A stretch of DNA of 63,252 nt, the filler included, from Licmophora abbreviata (taxonomy: Eukaryota), in NCBI GenBank assembly GCA_900291995.1. It is 18 parts of 18 records of this genome, joined end to end, with 100 filler letters (N's around TTAATTAATTAA, not from the genome) between each part and the next. Parts side by side here need not be neighbours in the genome. Positions count along the whole stretch, not along the records: positions 29,999 to 33,517 come from OLMU01001843.1; positions 33,618 to 40,378 come from OLMU01001844.1; positions 40,479 to 45,534 come from OLMU01001845.1; 15 more parts are not named here. One strand, given 5' to 3'. A program made the translations under genes and the position numbers. Below, in pieces: positions 31,837 to 43,570 of the stretch. The notes beneath the pieces are model-generated. The model made no database searches, was not told the origin of the DNA, and saw nothing but the letters and a program-made list of their open reading frames with translations. Positions within the stretch are counted from its first letter, which is position 1, and every line of letters begins with the position of its first letter.

Positions 31837-34660
31837 ATGCAGACCGCAGCCACCGCTTCACCAGCCGACCAGACGCGCGCATTGGGATTAAGCACGATCG
31901 CCTTCACCGCCTGTTTCGCGGTCTGGACGATCTTTTCCATCATCGGTGTCGCCATCAAGGCCGAGCTTAGCCTGAACGATACCCAGTTCGGTCTACTGGT
32001 CGCTACACCCATCCTGACAGGGTCCATCAGCCGCCTGTTTCTGGGTGTCTGGACCGAGAAATACGGCGGGCGCTTTGTCTTCTCCAGCCAGATGATCCTA
32101 ACGGCGCTCGCCACTTGGGCGCTGACACTGGCGGACAGCTATACCATGTATCTGATCGCAGCCCTTGGCATCGGCCTTGCGGGCGGATCGTTCATCATCG
32201 GTGTGGCCTATGTCAGTCGCTGGTATGATGCGGGTCATCAGGGCACGGCACTTGGAATCTTCGGCGCGGGAAATGTCGGAGCTGCAGTGACCAAGTTCGT
32301 CGCCCCCTTCGTCATGGTCGCTTATGGCTGGCATGGGGTGGCTTATGTCTGGGCAGCGGGACTTGCGGTCATCGGCGTGCTGTTCTTTTTTCTGGCCAAG
32401 GACGATCCCGAGCTGGTCGAACGGCGCAAGACAGGGGCCAAGCCGCCCTCGCTCGCACAGCAATTCGCACCGCTGAAGAACCTGCAGGTCTGGCGCTTCT
32501 CGCTATACTACTTCTTCGTCTTCGGCGCCTTCGTGGCTCTGGCATTGTGGATGCCCCACTACCTGATCGACGTCTACGGTATAGATGTGCGTTTTGCCGG
32601 GATGGCCGCGGCCTCGTTCAGTCTGGCGGCGTCGTTGTTTCGCGCCTATGGCGGGCATCTGTCAGACAAGTTCGGCGCCCGGACGGTCATGTATTGGACC
32701 TTCGGCTTTTCTATGCTGTTCCTGTTCATGCTGTCCTATCCGCCCACCGATTACATCATTCAGGCCAAGGACGGCCCGATTGCCTTTTCGACACAGATGG
32801 GCCTTTGGCCGTTTATCGTCACGCTGTTCGCGCTTGGCTTTTTCATGAGCCTCGGCAAGGCGGCGGTGTTCAAGCATATCCCTGTCTACTATCCGGGCCA
32901 TGTCGGCGCGGTCGGCGGTCTGGTGGGCATGATCGGCGGGCTTGGCGGGTTCGTTCTGCCGATTGCCTTCGGCGCGCTGCTGGACCTCACGGGTATTTAT
33001 ACCTCGTGCTTTGCGCTTCTTTTCGGGCTGGTTGCCCTTGCGCTGAGCTGGATGCACCTTTCGATCCGCTCGATGGAGCGTGCGGTTCATGGAGAGGCTC
33101 TGGACCGGCTGCCGCAACTGCCTGAGATGCAGGACATTCACCACCCTGAACGGACAAGAATGCCCCGCGTTCTTGAAGTCTGGCGGCCCGAGGACAAGCA
33201 GTTCTGGGCAGAGAAGGGCCGAGCTGTGGCGCGCCGCAACCTCTGGATTTCGATCCCGGCGTTGCTTCTGGCGTTCTCGGTCTGGATGGTATGGTCCGTG
33301 GTCGTCGCGCGACTGCCGGCCATCGGGTTCGACTTCACGCCGGGCCAGCTGTTCTGGTTGGCCGCATTGCCTGGCCTGTCGGGCGCGACCTTGCGCATCT
33401 TCTACAGCTTCATGGTGCCGATCTTTGGTGGGCGGCTGTGGACCACGCTATCGACCGCCTCGCTGCTGCTGCCGGCGCTTGGGATCGGATACGCGGTTCA
33501 ATCGCCTGAAACACCTTNNNNNNNNNNNNNNNNNNNNNNNNNNNNNNNNNNNNNNNNNNNNTTAATTAATTAANNNNNNNNNNNNNNNNNNNNNNNNNNN
33601 NNNNNNNNNNNNNNNNNCTTACCTGATCTTCCTCGTGCTGGCGCTTCTGTGCGGGTTTGGCGGTGGCAACTTTGCATCGAGCATGGCCAATATCGGCTAC
33701 TTCTTTCCGAAAGCCGAAAAAGGCAATGCGCTGGCGCTGAATGCCGGATTGGGCAACCTGGGCGTGTCGGTGATGCAGTTCCTAGTGCCCATTGTCATTA
33801 CGGCGGGTGTGTTCGGCGCGCTTGGCGGTCAACCACAGACCATGTCCGAAGGCGGACAATTGTGGATGCAGAATGCCGGATTCGTCTGGGTGCCCTTCAT
33901 CTTGGCCGCCACCATTGCTGCTTGGCTTGGCATGAACGACATCGCCGACGCGCGCGCCAGTTTCGCCGATCAGGCAGTGATCTTCGGGCGCACGCATAAC
34001 TGGCTGATGTGCATCCTGTACACGGGCACGTTCGGTAGCTTCATCGGCTATTCGGCGGGCTTTCCGCTGCTGACCAAGTTGGCCTTCCCCGAGATCAATG
34101 CGCTCAACTATGTGTTCCTCGGGCCGCTTGTGGGTGCCCTGAGCCGCGCCGCGACGGGCTGGATCAGCGATCGCTTTGGCGGTGGGCGTGTGACCTTCTG
34201 GACCTTCACGGCGATGATCGTGGCCACCTTCGGCGTGATCTTCTTCCTCGGGGTCGGCTCGTTCATCGGCTTTTTCACCTGCTTCATGGCGCTGTTCTTC
34301 CTGACGGGGGTCGGCAACGCCTCGACCTTCCAGATGATCCCGGTAATCATGGGTCGTGAAGTGCCGCGCCTGATGCCGCATCTCGGCATCAAGGACCGCA
34401 AGCGGCAAATCGCCATGGAGTCAGGTGCAATCACGGCCTTCACCTCGGCCATCGCGGCCTATGGCGCCTTCTTCATTCCCAAAGCTTACGGCACATCCAT
34501 CGCGATGACCGGCAGCGCCGTCGGCGCACTCTGGGGCTTCCTGATCTTCTACGCGATTTGCCTCGTGATCACCTGGGCAGTTTACACGCGCTCCGGGGGC
34601 CTTTTGCACGAAATCGAACATGGCCGCGCACCTGACGCGTCCGCTCAACCCGCCGAATAA
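31837..34660 (+). CDS. narK: Fused NarK1-NarK2 nitrate/nitrite transporter; split by gap
   Basis: Two tandem MFS modules in one frame, linker W.PEDKQFW...ARRNLWIS; GFGGGNFASSM nitrate signature; reads ETPYLIF across the gap. Confidence 0.92.
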
Positions 34661-34675
34661 CAAAAGGATTGAACC

Positions 34676-37600
34676 ATGAGCCATCTGTTCGACAAACTGA
34701 ACTTCTTCCAGAGCAAGGAACTGGAGCAATTTTCAGACGGCTGGGGCCAGACCACGACCGAGAACCGGGATTGGGAGGATACCTACAGAAACCGTTGGCG
34801 GCACGACAAGATCGTGCGCTCTACCCACGGGGTAAACTGCACCGGATCGTGTTCGTGGAAGATCTACGTCAAGTCCGGCATTGTAACCTGGGAAACCCAA
34901 CAGACCGATTATCCGCGCACCCGCGCGGGCCTGCCTAACCACGAGCCGCGCGGCTGTGCGAGAGGGGCGTCGTATAGCTGGTATCTCTATTCTGCGAACC
35001 GGGTGAAGAACCCGCTGATCCGGGGCAGCCTGATGCGGGCATGGCGCAAGATGCGCCAGACGATGACGCCCGTGGCGGCATGGGCCGCGATCCAGAACGA
35101 TCCGATCCTGCGCGCCTCCTATACGAAAACGCGCGGCAAAGGCGGATTTGTGCGCGCGACATGGGACGAGGCGACCGAGATCGTCGCAGCCTCCAACGCT
35201 CATACGGCGAAAACCTGGGGGCCTGACCGCGTGTTCGGGTTCTCGCCCATTCCGGCCATGTCGATGGTGAGCTATGCCGCCGGATCGCGTTACCTGAGCC
35301 TTCTGGGCGGCACGTGCATGTCGTTCTACGACTGGTATTGCGACCTGCCGCCTGCCAGCCCGCAGACATGGGGCGAACAGACCGACGTGCCGGAAAGCGC
35401 TGACTGGTATAATGCGGGGTTCCTGATGCTCTGGGGCTCGAACGTGCCGCAGACCCGGACGCCCGATGCGCATTTCTATACCGAGGTGCGCTATCGCGGC
35501 ACCAAATCCGCCGTCGTCAGCCCCGATTATTCCGAGGCGGCCAAGTTCGGCGACATCTGGCTGAACCCGCAGGCCGGCACCGATGCGGCGCTGGCGATGG
35601 CGATGGGGCATGTGATCCTGCGCGAATACCACCTTGACCGGCAGGCGGCGTATTTCGAGGACTATGCCCGCAAGTATACCGACATGCCGATGCTGGTGCG
35701 TCTGGATGAAAAGGACGGCCATCTGGTGCCAGGCCGGATGCTACGCGCGGATGATTTCGACGGGCAACTGGGTGAGGACAACAACCCCGACTGGAAGACC
35801 GTGGCCTATGACGAGGCGTCGGGGCGGATCGTGGCCCCCAACGGCTCCATCGGTTTCCGTTGGGGCGAGGAAGGCAAGTGGAACCTTGAGCAGCGCGCCA
35901 AGGGGGCCGAGGCCCAACTGCGCCTGAGCCAGATCATGGAGGGTGACCATGATGAGATTGTCGGCGTCGATTTTCCCTATTTCGGCGGTGTTGCGACTGG
36001 TGATTTCGTCAAATGCGACCACCCTGAGGTCCTGACCCGCAATATCCCCGCCCGCCGCGTTATATTGGCCGACGGGTCGGAAGCCCTCGTCGCCACCGTG
36101 TTCGACCTGTTCTGCGCCAATTACGGGCTGGACCGTGGCCTTGGCGGTAAATGGGTGTCGAAGGATTTCAACGACGACAGTCCCTATACGCCTGCATGGG
36201 CCGAAAAGATCACCGGCGTCGACCGTGAAAAGATCATTGCCGTTGCGCGCGAATTCGCGGGCAATGCCGAAAAGACTCATGGCAAGTCCATGGTGATCCT
36301 CGGGGCCGGTCTGAACCATTGGTACCACATGGACATGAACTACCGTGGCATCATCAACATGCTGGTGATGTGTGGCTGTATCGGTCAAGAGGGTGGCGGC
36401 TGGTCGCATTACGTGGGGCAAGAGAAACTTCGCCCGCAGACCGGCTGGCAACCGCTGGCCTTTGGCCTGGACTGGAGCCGTCCGCCACGGCACATGAATT
36501 CGACGTCCTGCTGGTATGCTCATACCGACCAGTGGCGCTATGAGACGCTGCGCGCCGGCGAGATCCTTTCGCCGACCGCACCCGAGGGCGATTGGGATAT
36601 TTCGCTTATCGACTACAACATTCGGGCCGAGAGGATGGGCTGGCTGCCCTCGGCACCCCAGTTGAAAACCAACCCGCTGGAGGTATCGAAAGCCGCGAAA
36701 AAGGCGGGCAAGGATATTCCCGCATATGTGGCCGAACAGCTGACATCCGGTGGTCTGCAGATGTCCTGCGAAGACCCCGATGCGCCCGAGAACTGGCCGC
36801 GAAACCTGTTTGTCTGGCGGTCGAACCTTCTGGGGTCGTCTGGCAAGGGGCATGAGTACTTCCTCAAGCACCTTCTGGGCACCGATCATGGCGTGATGGG
36901 CAAGGATCTGGGCGAGGAGGGCGGCGCCATGCCCACCGAGGCCGTCTGGCATGACGAGGCCCCCAAGGGCAAACTGGACCTGCTGGTGACCATTGACTTC
37001 AGAATGTCCACCACGGCGGTTTATTCCGACATCGTGCTGCCGACCGCCAGCTGGTATGAAAAGGACGATCTGAACACGTCGGACATGCATCCGTTCATTC
37101 ACCCGCTTCAGGCGGCTGTGGACCCGGCCTATGAAAGCCGGTCCGACTGGGAAATCTTCAAGTCGATCGCCCGCAAGTTTTCGGAAGTGGCCCCCGAAGT
37201 GCTGGGCGTGGAAACTGATATCGTTCAACTTCCGCTTCTGCACGACACGCCGGGCGAGTTGGCGCAGGCCCATGTGAAGGACTGGAAGAAAGGTGAGTGC
37301 GACCTGATCCCCGGCAAGACCGCGCCCAACTATATCGCGGTCGAACGGGACTATCCCAACCTTTACAAGAAGTTCACCTCCGTAGGACCGCTGCTGGAGA
37401 AGCTGGGCAATGGCGGCAAGGGCATCAACTGGGACACCAAGGTCGAGGTTGGTCATCTGCGCGACCTGAACGGGGTGGTGCAGGACGAGGGCATTTCCCA
37501 GGGACATGCAAAACTCGACACCGCCATCGACGCCGCCGAGATGATCCTCATGCTCGCGCCCGAGACCAACGGCGAGGTTGCGGTCAAGGCATGGGAAGAA

Positions 37601-38422
37601 CTGGAAAAACCCACCGGCCGCCACCACGCCCATTTGGCCGAGGGTGCGCATCACACCAAGATCCGGTTCCGCGACATCGCCGCGCAACCGCGCAAGATCA
37701 TTTCATCGCCGACATGGTCGGGGATCGAAAGCGAGGACGTGTGCTACAATGCGGGCTACACCAACGTCCACGAGCTTATCCCGTGGCGCACTCTGACCGG
37801 TCGGCAGCAGCTTTATCAGGATCACCTGTGGATGCGTGCCTTTGGCGAAGGCTTCGTCAGTTACCGGCCGCCGGTTGACCTCAAGACCATCACGCAGGCT
37901 GTCAACAACGATGCTGCCGACGGCAGCCCGCATGTGGTACTGAACTTCATCACGCCCCACCAGAAATGGGGCATTCACAGCACCTACACCGACAACCTGC
38001 TGATGCTGACGCTGAACCGGGGTGGTCCAGTGGTCTGGATGTCCGAGATCGATGCCGCAAAGGCGGGCCTTGTCGATAACGACTGGGTCGAAGCCTACAA
38101 CATCAACGGCGCGCTGACTGCGCGGGTGGTGGTGAGCCAGCGGATCAAGCAAGGCACGCTGTTCATGTATCACGCACAGGAAAAGATCGTGAACACGCCA
38201 GGTTCGGAAAAGACCGGCCATCGCGGCGGCATTCACAACTCGGTCACCCGCGCCACGCTCAAGCCCACTCATATGATCGGCGGTTATGCGCAGCTGTCCT
38301 ATGGCTTCAACTACTACGGCACCGTGGGATCCAACCGCGACGAGTTCGTGATCGTTCGCAAGATGAAGAAAATCGACTGGCTGGATCAGCCCGCAACCGG
38401 AAAAGTGGAGGCAGCGGAATGA
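34676..38422 (+). CDS. narG: Respiratory nitrate reductase alpha subunit
   Basis: STHGVNCTGSCSW, SFYDWYCDLP, TPHQKWGIHS; 1248 aa. Confidence 0.98.
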   Translation: MSHLFDKLNFFQSKELEQFSDGWGQTTTENRDWEDTYRNRWRHDKIVRSTHGVNCTGSCSWKIYVKSGIVTWETQQTDYPRTRAGLPNHEPRGCARGASYSWYLYSANRVKNPLIRGSLMRAWRKMRQTMTPVAAWAAIQNDPILRASYTKTRGKGGFVRATWDEATEIVAASNAHTAKTWGPDRVFGFSPIPAMSMVSYAAGSRYLSLLGGTCMSFYDWYCDLPPASPQTWGEQTDVPESADWYNAGFLMLWGSNVPQTRTPDAHFYTEVRYRGTKSAVVSPDYSEAAKFGDIWLNPQAGTDAALAMAMGHVILREYHLDRQAAYFEDYARKYTDMPMLVRLDEKDGHLVPGRMLRADDFDGQLGEDNNPDWKTVAYDEASGRIVAPNGSIGFRWGEEGKWNLEQRAKGAEAQLRLSQIMEGDHDEIVGVDFPYFGGVATGDFVKCDHPEVLTRNIPARRVILADGSEALVATVFDLFCANYGLDRGLGGKWVSKDFNDDSPYTPAWAEKITGVDREKIIAVAREFAGNAEKTHGKSMVILGAGLNHWYHMDMNYRGIINMLVMCGCIGQEGGGWSHYVGQEKLRPQTGWQPLAFGLDWSRPPRHMNSTSCWYAHTDQWRYETLRAGEILSPTAPEGDWDISLIDYNIRAERMGWLPSAPQLKTNPLEVSKAAKKAGKDIPAYVAEQLTSGGLQMSCEDPDAPENWPRNLFVWRSNLLGSSGKGHEYFLKHLLGTDHGVMGKDLGEEGGAMPTEAVWHDEAPKGKLDLLVTIDFRMSTTAVYSDIVLPTASWYEKDDLNTSDMHPFIHPLQAAVDPAYESRSDWEIFKSIARKFSEVAPEVLGVETDIVQLPLLHDTPGELAQAHVKDWKKGECDLIPGKTAPNYIAVERDYPNLYKKFTSVGPLLEKLGNGGKGINWDTKVEVGHLRDLNGVVQDEGISQGHAKLDTAIDAAEMILMLAPETNGEVAVKAWEELEKPTGRHHAHLAEGAHHTKIRFRDIAAQPRKIISSPTWSGIESEDVCYNAGYTNVHELIPWRTLTGRQQLYQDHLWMRAFGEGFVSYRPPVDLKTITQAVNNDAADGSPHVVLNFITPHQKWGIHSTYTDNLLMLTLNRGGPVVWMSEIDAAKAGLVDNDWVEAYNINGALTARVVVSQRIKQGTLFMYHAQEKIVNTPGSEKTGHRGGIHNSVTRATLKPTHMIGGYAQLSYGFNYYGTVGSNRDEFVIVRKMKKIDWLDQPATGKVEAAE

Positions 38423-39945
38423 AAGTTCGTGCGCAAATCGGCAAGGTTCTGAACCTTGATAAATGCATTGGGTGCCACACGTGCTCGGTCACCTGCAAGA
38501 ACGTGTGGACCACGCGCGACGGTGTTGAATACGCTTGGTTCAACAATGTCGAGACCAAGCCCGGCACCGGCTATCCGACAGACTGGGAAAATCAGAAACG
38601 CTGGAACGGAGGCTGGGTCCGGTCGGCAAGCGGCAAGCTGCATCCCAAGCAGGGCTCCAAGTGGCGCATTCTGGCGAACATCTTCGCCAACCCTTCGATG
38701 CCCGAGATCGACGACTATTACGAGCCGTTCGATTTCGACTATGACCACCTGAAATCCGCGCCCGACATGGATCATTTTCCCACCGCGCGCCCCCGGTCCA
38801 AGATCACCGGCGAGCGGATGGAAAAGATCGAGAAGGGCCCGAATTGGGAGGAGATCCTTGGGGGCGAATTCTCGAAACGGTCCGAGGATTACAATTTCGA
38901 GAACGTGCAGAAGGAGATTTATGGAGAGTATGAAAATACTTTCATGATGTATCTGCCACGGCTGTGCGAACACTGCCTGAACCCGACCTGCTCGGCCTCG
39001 TGCCCTTCGGGAGCGATCTACAAGCGCGAGGAAGACGGGATCGTCCTGATCGATCAGGAAAAATGCCGGGGCTGGCGGATGTGCATCTCGGGCTGTCCTT
39101 ACAAGAAGATCTATTACAACTGGGAAAGCGGCAAATCCGAGAAATGCACCTTCTGCTATCCGCGCATCGAAAGCGGCCAGCCGACCGTCTGTTCGGAAAC
39201 CTGCGTCGGTCGTATCCGCTATCTGGGTGTCATCCTTTATGACGCCGACAAGATCGAGGCCGCGGCCAGCGCCGAGCGCGAAACCGATCTTTACGGCGCG
39301 CAGATGGACGTGTTCCTTGATCCAAACGACCCCGAGGTGATCGCTGCGGCCCGCCGCGACGGCATCCCCGAGGACTGGATCGAGGCGGCCAAGGTCAGCC
39401 CGGTGTGGAAAATGGCAATGGACTGGAAGGTGGCGTTCCCGCTGCATCCCGAATACCGGACGCTGCCGATGGTCTGGTACATCCCGCCCCTATCCCCCAT
39501 TCAAAACGCCGCACAGGCAGGGCAGATCGCGATGAGCGATCAGATGCCGGATGTGCGGTCCCTGCGTATCCCGGTCAAGTATCTGGCCAACATGCTGACG
39601 GCAGGTGACGAGGAGCCGATCGTGCATGCCCTGGAACGCATGTCCGCAATGCGGCTTTATATGCGCGCTCTGACTGTGGACGGCGTGCGCGACGAGGCGA
39701 TCGCCGCCCGCGTCGGCATGTCCGGTCGGGTGATCGAGGACATGTACAAGATCATGGCCATCGCTGATTACGAGGACCGTTTCGCGATTCCCACGGCGCA
39801 CCGCGAACAAACCGAGGCAGGCGCGGATATTCGCGGCGGCTGCGGCTTCACCGATGGCAATGGCTGCTCTACCGGCGAGACGGGCAAGACAAGCCTGTTC
39901 GGCGGCAAGAAGAAAAGCTTTGCCCTTCCGACGGAGACATTCTGA
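38419..39945 (+). CDS. narH: Respiratory nitrate reductase beta subunit
   Basis: DKCIGCHTCSVTCK, CEHCLNPTC, CRGWRMC, KCTFCYPR. Confidence 0.98.
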   Translation: MKVRAQIGKVLNLDKCIGCHTCSVTCKNVWTTRDGVEYAWFNNVETKPGTGYPTDWENQKRWNGGWVRSASGKLHPKQGSKWRILANIFANPSMPEIDDYYEPFDFDYDHLKSAPDMDHFPTARPRSKITGERMEKIEKGPNWEEILGGEFSKRSEDYNFENVQKEIYGEYENTFMMYLPRLCEHCLNPTCSASCPSGAIYKREEDGIVLIDQEKCRGWRMCISGCPYKKIYYNWESGKSEKCTFCYPRIESGQPTVCSETCVGRIRYLGVILYDADKIEAAASAERETDLYGAQMDVFLDPNDPEVIAAARRDGIPEDWIEAAKVSPVWKMAMDWKVAFPLHPEYRTLPMVWYIPPLSPIQNAAQAGQIAMSDQMPDVRSLRIPVKYLANMLTAGDEEPIVHALERMSAMRLYMRALTVDGVRDEAIAARVGMSGRVIEDMYKIMAIADYEDRFAIPTAHREQTEAGADIRGGCGFTDGNGCSTGETGKTSLFGGKKKSFALPTETF

Positions 39946-40756
39946 TGATGGACCGAACACTCAAGGCACTGTCGCTGGTCCTGAGCTATCCCACGCAGGA
40001 GCATCAGGAGGCCATGTCCGAGATCGCTGAGATTCTCGCGATCGATCCCCGCATCGCGCCCGCGGCGCAGTCCGATCTGCAAGCCCTGACCGATCATCTG
40101 GCGCAGGGTGATCTTTACGATCTGCAAGAAAGCTATGTCATGCTGTTTGACCGGTCTCGCAGCCTGTCGCTCAATCTGTTCGAGCATGTCCACGGTGAAA
40201 GCCGCGACAGGGGCGGCGCCATGGTCAGCCTGATCGACACCTACCGCGCGGCGGGGTTCGAGCCTGCCTCCTCGGAGCTGCCTGATCACCTTCCGGTTCT
40301 GCTGGAATTCCTGTCCACGCGTCGCGTGCCCGAGGCCCGCGAGATACTTGCTGATGCGGCGCATATCATAGATGTGCTNNNNNNNNNNNNNNNNNNNNNN
40401 NNNNNNNNNNNNNNNNNNNNNNTTAATTAATTAANNNNNNNNNNNNNNNNNNNNNNNNNNNNNNNNNNNNNNNNNNNNTCATAGATGTGCTCGCCACCCG
40501 TCTGGCCCGTCGCGAAAGTGGATACGCCAGTGTTTTCGACGCCCTGTCGCAGCTTGCCGGAGCGCAAGCCGATGCCGGGGCGGTCGCCGAGATGCTGGCC
40601 CGACCCGACGATGATCCGACCGATCTGGAGGCCCTCGACGCAGTCTGGGAGGAAACCGAAGTCACATTCGGCCCTGATCCCAACGCTGGCTGCCCGCAGG
40701 TCCGCGACATGCTGGCAGGCATGGACACACCCACCCCCCTGAACCGGAGCGCATGA
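39945..40756 (+). CDS. narJ: Nitrate reductase assembly chaperone; split by gap with overlapping flanks
   Basis: LSYP, YVMLFDR, EHVHGESRDRG, ELPDHLP, WEETEVTF. Confidence 0.95.
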
Positions 40757-40757
40757 T

Positions 40758-41543
40758 ATGTTTGGCGACTTCGACATCAACTTCGTCATCTTCGGGGTCA
40801 TGCCCTATGTCGCGCTGACGGTCTTCCTTGTCGGCTCGATCGCGCGCTACGAGCGCGACCCCTTCACCTGGAAAAGTTCATCCAGCCAGCTTTTGCGCCG
40901 CAAACAGCTGATCTGGGGCTCGATCCTGTTCCATGTCGGTATCCTGACGGTGTTTTTCGGCCACCTCGTGGGCCTTTTTACACCGGTTTGGGTGCTCGAT
41001 GTGCTGGGCATTCCCTATGGTCTCAAACAGTGGATGGCGGTCCTGATCGGCGGACCGGCGGGCATCGCCGCGCTGATCGGCTCGACGATGCTTCTGCATC
41101 GCAGGCTTAGCGATCCGCGTATTCGTGTGACATCGACCTTCCCTGATATCCTGATCATGGTTCTGATATGGCTTCAGTTGGCCATCGGTCTTCTGACGAT
41201 CACGCAGACGCTGCAGCACATGGACGGCTCCGAGATGGTGCGCTTCATGACCTGGTCGCAAAGCGTCGTAACCTGGAACATCAACGCATGGATCACCGTG
41301 GTGAATGTTCACTGGCTGTACAAGCTGCATATCTTCCTTGGTCTTATCATCACCATGCTGTTTCCCTTCACACGGCTCGTGCATATCTGGTCGGGGTTTG
41401 CGGCCCCCTTCCGCTATTTGCTGAGGCGTCCAGGCTATCAGATCGTCCGTTCGCGCCGCCGCCGCCCGCTCGAGGAGCGTCGCCGCGCCTATGACTCGCG
41501 CCAGGCCAAACGCGGTCCGACGGCGACAACACCGGCGGAGTAA
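40758..41543 (+). CDS. narI: Respiratory nitrate reductase gamma subunit
   Basis: TWKSSSSQLL, FHVGI, GH, LHIFLG, FPFTRLVHIWS. Confidence 0.96.
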   Translation: MFGDFDINFVIFGVMPYVALTVFLVGSIARYERDPFTWKSSSSQLLRRKQLIWGSILFHVGILTVFFGHLVGLFTPVWVLDVLGIPYGLKQWMAVLIGGPAGIAALIGSTMLLHRRLSDPRIRVTSTFPDILIMVLIWLQLAIGLLTITQTLQHMDGSEMVRFMTWSQSVVTWNINAWITVVNVHWLYKLHIFLGLIITMLFPFTRLVHIWSGFAAPFRYLLRRPGYQIVRSRRRRPLEERRRAYDSRQAKRGPTATTPAE

Positions 41544-41548
41544 GGAGA

Positions 41549-42343
41549 ATGAACATGGCTCTGTTTCCCGATGTCATCGTGAACAACGAAACCATTCCCT
41601 CGGCGGCAATCGCCGCCGAGGCCCAGAACCACGAGGCCCCGAAGGACAAGCCCGGCATAGCATGGCGAAAAGCGGCGCAAGCCCTCGCGATCCGCACCCT
41701 GCTTTTGCAGGAGGCCAACCGCCGGGCGCTGACGTCAGATCCTCTGGAGCTGGCGCCGGGCCGCGTCGAGACCGAAGACGAAGCCCTGATCCGCGCCCTG
41801 CTGGACGAGGCGTTGACCATCCCGCCCGTCACCGAAGAAGACGTCCGCGCCGAATGGGCGCGCGACCCCGACCGTTTCCGCTCAGCGCCGCTTTGGGACG
41901 TATCGCACATCCTGTGCGCCTGCGATCCGCGCAACCAAGACGAATGCGCAGCAGCTGGGACCCGGGCAAGGGCTGTGCTGGCAAGGCTTGACGGAGATCC
42001 CAAGAGCTTTGCTGCGGCGGCGCGGGACAGCGATTGTGGGTCCAAAGCGTCGGGAGGCCATCTGGGTCAGCTTGGGCCGGGCGATACCGTGCCAGAATTC
42101 GAAGCCCCGCTGCGAAGCCTGCCCGAGGGCGGCATGACGCCCGAGCCCGTGCTGTCGCGGCACGGTTGGCACATCATCCGCCTGAATGCCACCGCGCCGG
42201 CACAAGTGCTACCCTATGAAGCCGTCCGTCCCAAGATTGCGCAAGCCCTTGAAAAAGCTGCATGGGCACGTGCGTCGCGGGACTTCATCGAAGCTCTGGC
42301 CGAAGGCGCGCAGATCACCGGCGCAAGCCTCGAGCCGATCTGA
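41549..42343 (+). CDS. Parvulin-type peptidyl-prolyl isomerase (nar-associated)
   Basis: SHIL, SDCGSKASGGHLG, VPEFE, SRHGWHII. Confidence 0.88.
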   Translation: MNMALFPDVIVNNETIPSAAIAAEAQNHEAPKDKPGIAWRKAAQALAIRTLLLQEANRRALTSDPLELAPGRVETEDEALIRALLDEALTIPPVTEEDVRAEWARDPDRFRSAPLWDVSHILCACDPRNQDECAAAGTRARAVLARLDGDPKSFAAAARDSDCGSKASGGHLGQLGPGDTVPEFEAPLRSLPEGGMTPEPVLSRHGWHIIRLNATAPAQVLPYEAVRPKIAQALEKAAWARASRDFIEALAEGAQITGASLEPI

Positions 42344-42363
42344 ACCCCGCGCAAGAGTGTGCC

Positions 42364-42933
42364 ATGAAACACCCGGAAGCAGCACGGCGAGGAAGCGGCG
42401 GATGCCCGACAAACCAGGATCTGCTTGCCAGTCCTCTGGATTTCATCAGTGAAGATCACCTGCGCGAACGCCAGATATGCGCGTTGATCGATCGGCTGGT
42501 CATGGCCACTTCTCTTGATCGGCAGGCCGTGTTTTCCGTGTTGCGCTTTCTCAACGAGGAGCTGAATGTGCATCTGCGCGATGAGAGCGAAGATCTGTTC
42601 CCACTCCTCGAGCAGCGCTGCACGGCGGAGGATGCAATCGAAGGCGCAATCAGCCGGATCAGGGCCGACCAGCACGCGGCGACCCGCCTGCTGCCCGATG
42701 TGCGGGCAGCCCTTGCCGGTTGCCTCGACACCGGGTCCGATCTGTCGGCTTCGGAGCGTGCGATGCTGACCCAATTCGTCGCGCATATGCGCCGGCATCT
42801 CGTGGCTGAAAATGCCATTTTGCTCCCGATCGCGCGCGCCCGGCTCACACCAGCCGATCTGCGGATATTGTCGGACCACATGAAGGCGCGGCGCGGGCTT
42901 TTGCCAGATCAGGAGATGACCGATGCTGAATGA
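42364..42933 (+). CDS. Hemerythrin (HHE) domain protein
   Basis: EDH, HLRDESEDLFP, RADQH, HLVAENAILLP. Confidence 0.8.
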   Translation: MKHPEAARRGSGGCPTNQDLLASPLDFISEDHLRERQICALIDRLVMATSLDRQAVFSVLRFLNEELNVHLRDESEDLFPLLEQRCTAEDAIEGAISRIRADQHAATRLLPDVRAALAGCLDTGSDLSASERAMLTQFVAHMRRHLVAENAILLPIARARLTPADLRILSDHMKARRGLLPDQEMTDAE

Positions 42934-43570
42934 TCTTCTGGACCGCAACCGCGCATGGCCGGACCAACGTCATGCCGAAGAGCCGCAGTATTTCACCCGC
43001 CTTGCAGCCCTTCAGGCGCCCGAGTTCTTCTGGATCGGCTGTTCTGACAGCCGGGTGCCGGCAAATGTGGTTGCGGGCCTCGATCCGGGGGAAGTGTTCG
43101 TGCATCGCAATGTCGCGAATATCGTCCATTCCTCGGACATGAACTTGCTGTCGGCCCTCGAATTCGCTGTCGAAGCGCTCAGCGTGCGCGAGATTATCGT
43201 CTGCGGTCACTATGGCTGTGGTGGCGTGCGTGCTGCCACCGAGGATCTACCCCACGGTCTCGCCGACCACTGGCTCGAGCCGATCCGCCGCCTTGCATGC
43301 AGCCATGCCGTCGATTTGGCGCGCGAGGCAGATCAAGAGGCCCGGCGCGACCGATTGGCCGAGTTGAATGTGATCGAAGGGGTCCGGCGCGTCTGCGAGA
43401 CTCCGATCTTGCAACGCGCGTGGCGGCAAGGCGCTGATCTGCGTGTCCACGGCCTGATCTATGGATTGAAGGATGGCCGCTTGCGCGACCTCGATTGCAG
43501 CATCGGCCCCGGACATTTTCAGACCGACGATTTACCAACCAGAGATTTCAGACAGGAGACCGCACAATGA
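42923..43570 (+). CDS. can: Beta-carbonic anhydrase
   Basis: WIGCSDSRV, VFVHRNVAN, CGHYGCGG Zn motifs. Confidence 0.93.
   Translation: MLNDLLDRNRAWPDQRHAEEPQYFTRLAALQAPEFFWIGCSDSRVPANVVAGLDPGEVFVHRNVANIVHSSDMNLLSALEFAVEALSVREIIVCGHYGCGGVRAATEDLPHGLADHWLEPIRRLACSHAVDLAREADQEARRDRLAELNVIEGVRRVCETPILQRAWRQGADLRVHGLIYGLKDGRLRDLDCSIGPGHFQTDDLPTRDFRQETAQ

Noticed and set aside
31837..34660. NarK1-NarK2 fusion as a novelty
   Set aside because: Already well described in Paracoccus and relatives.
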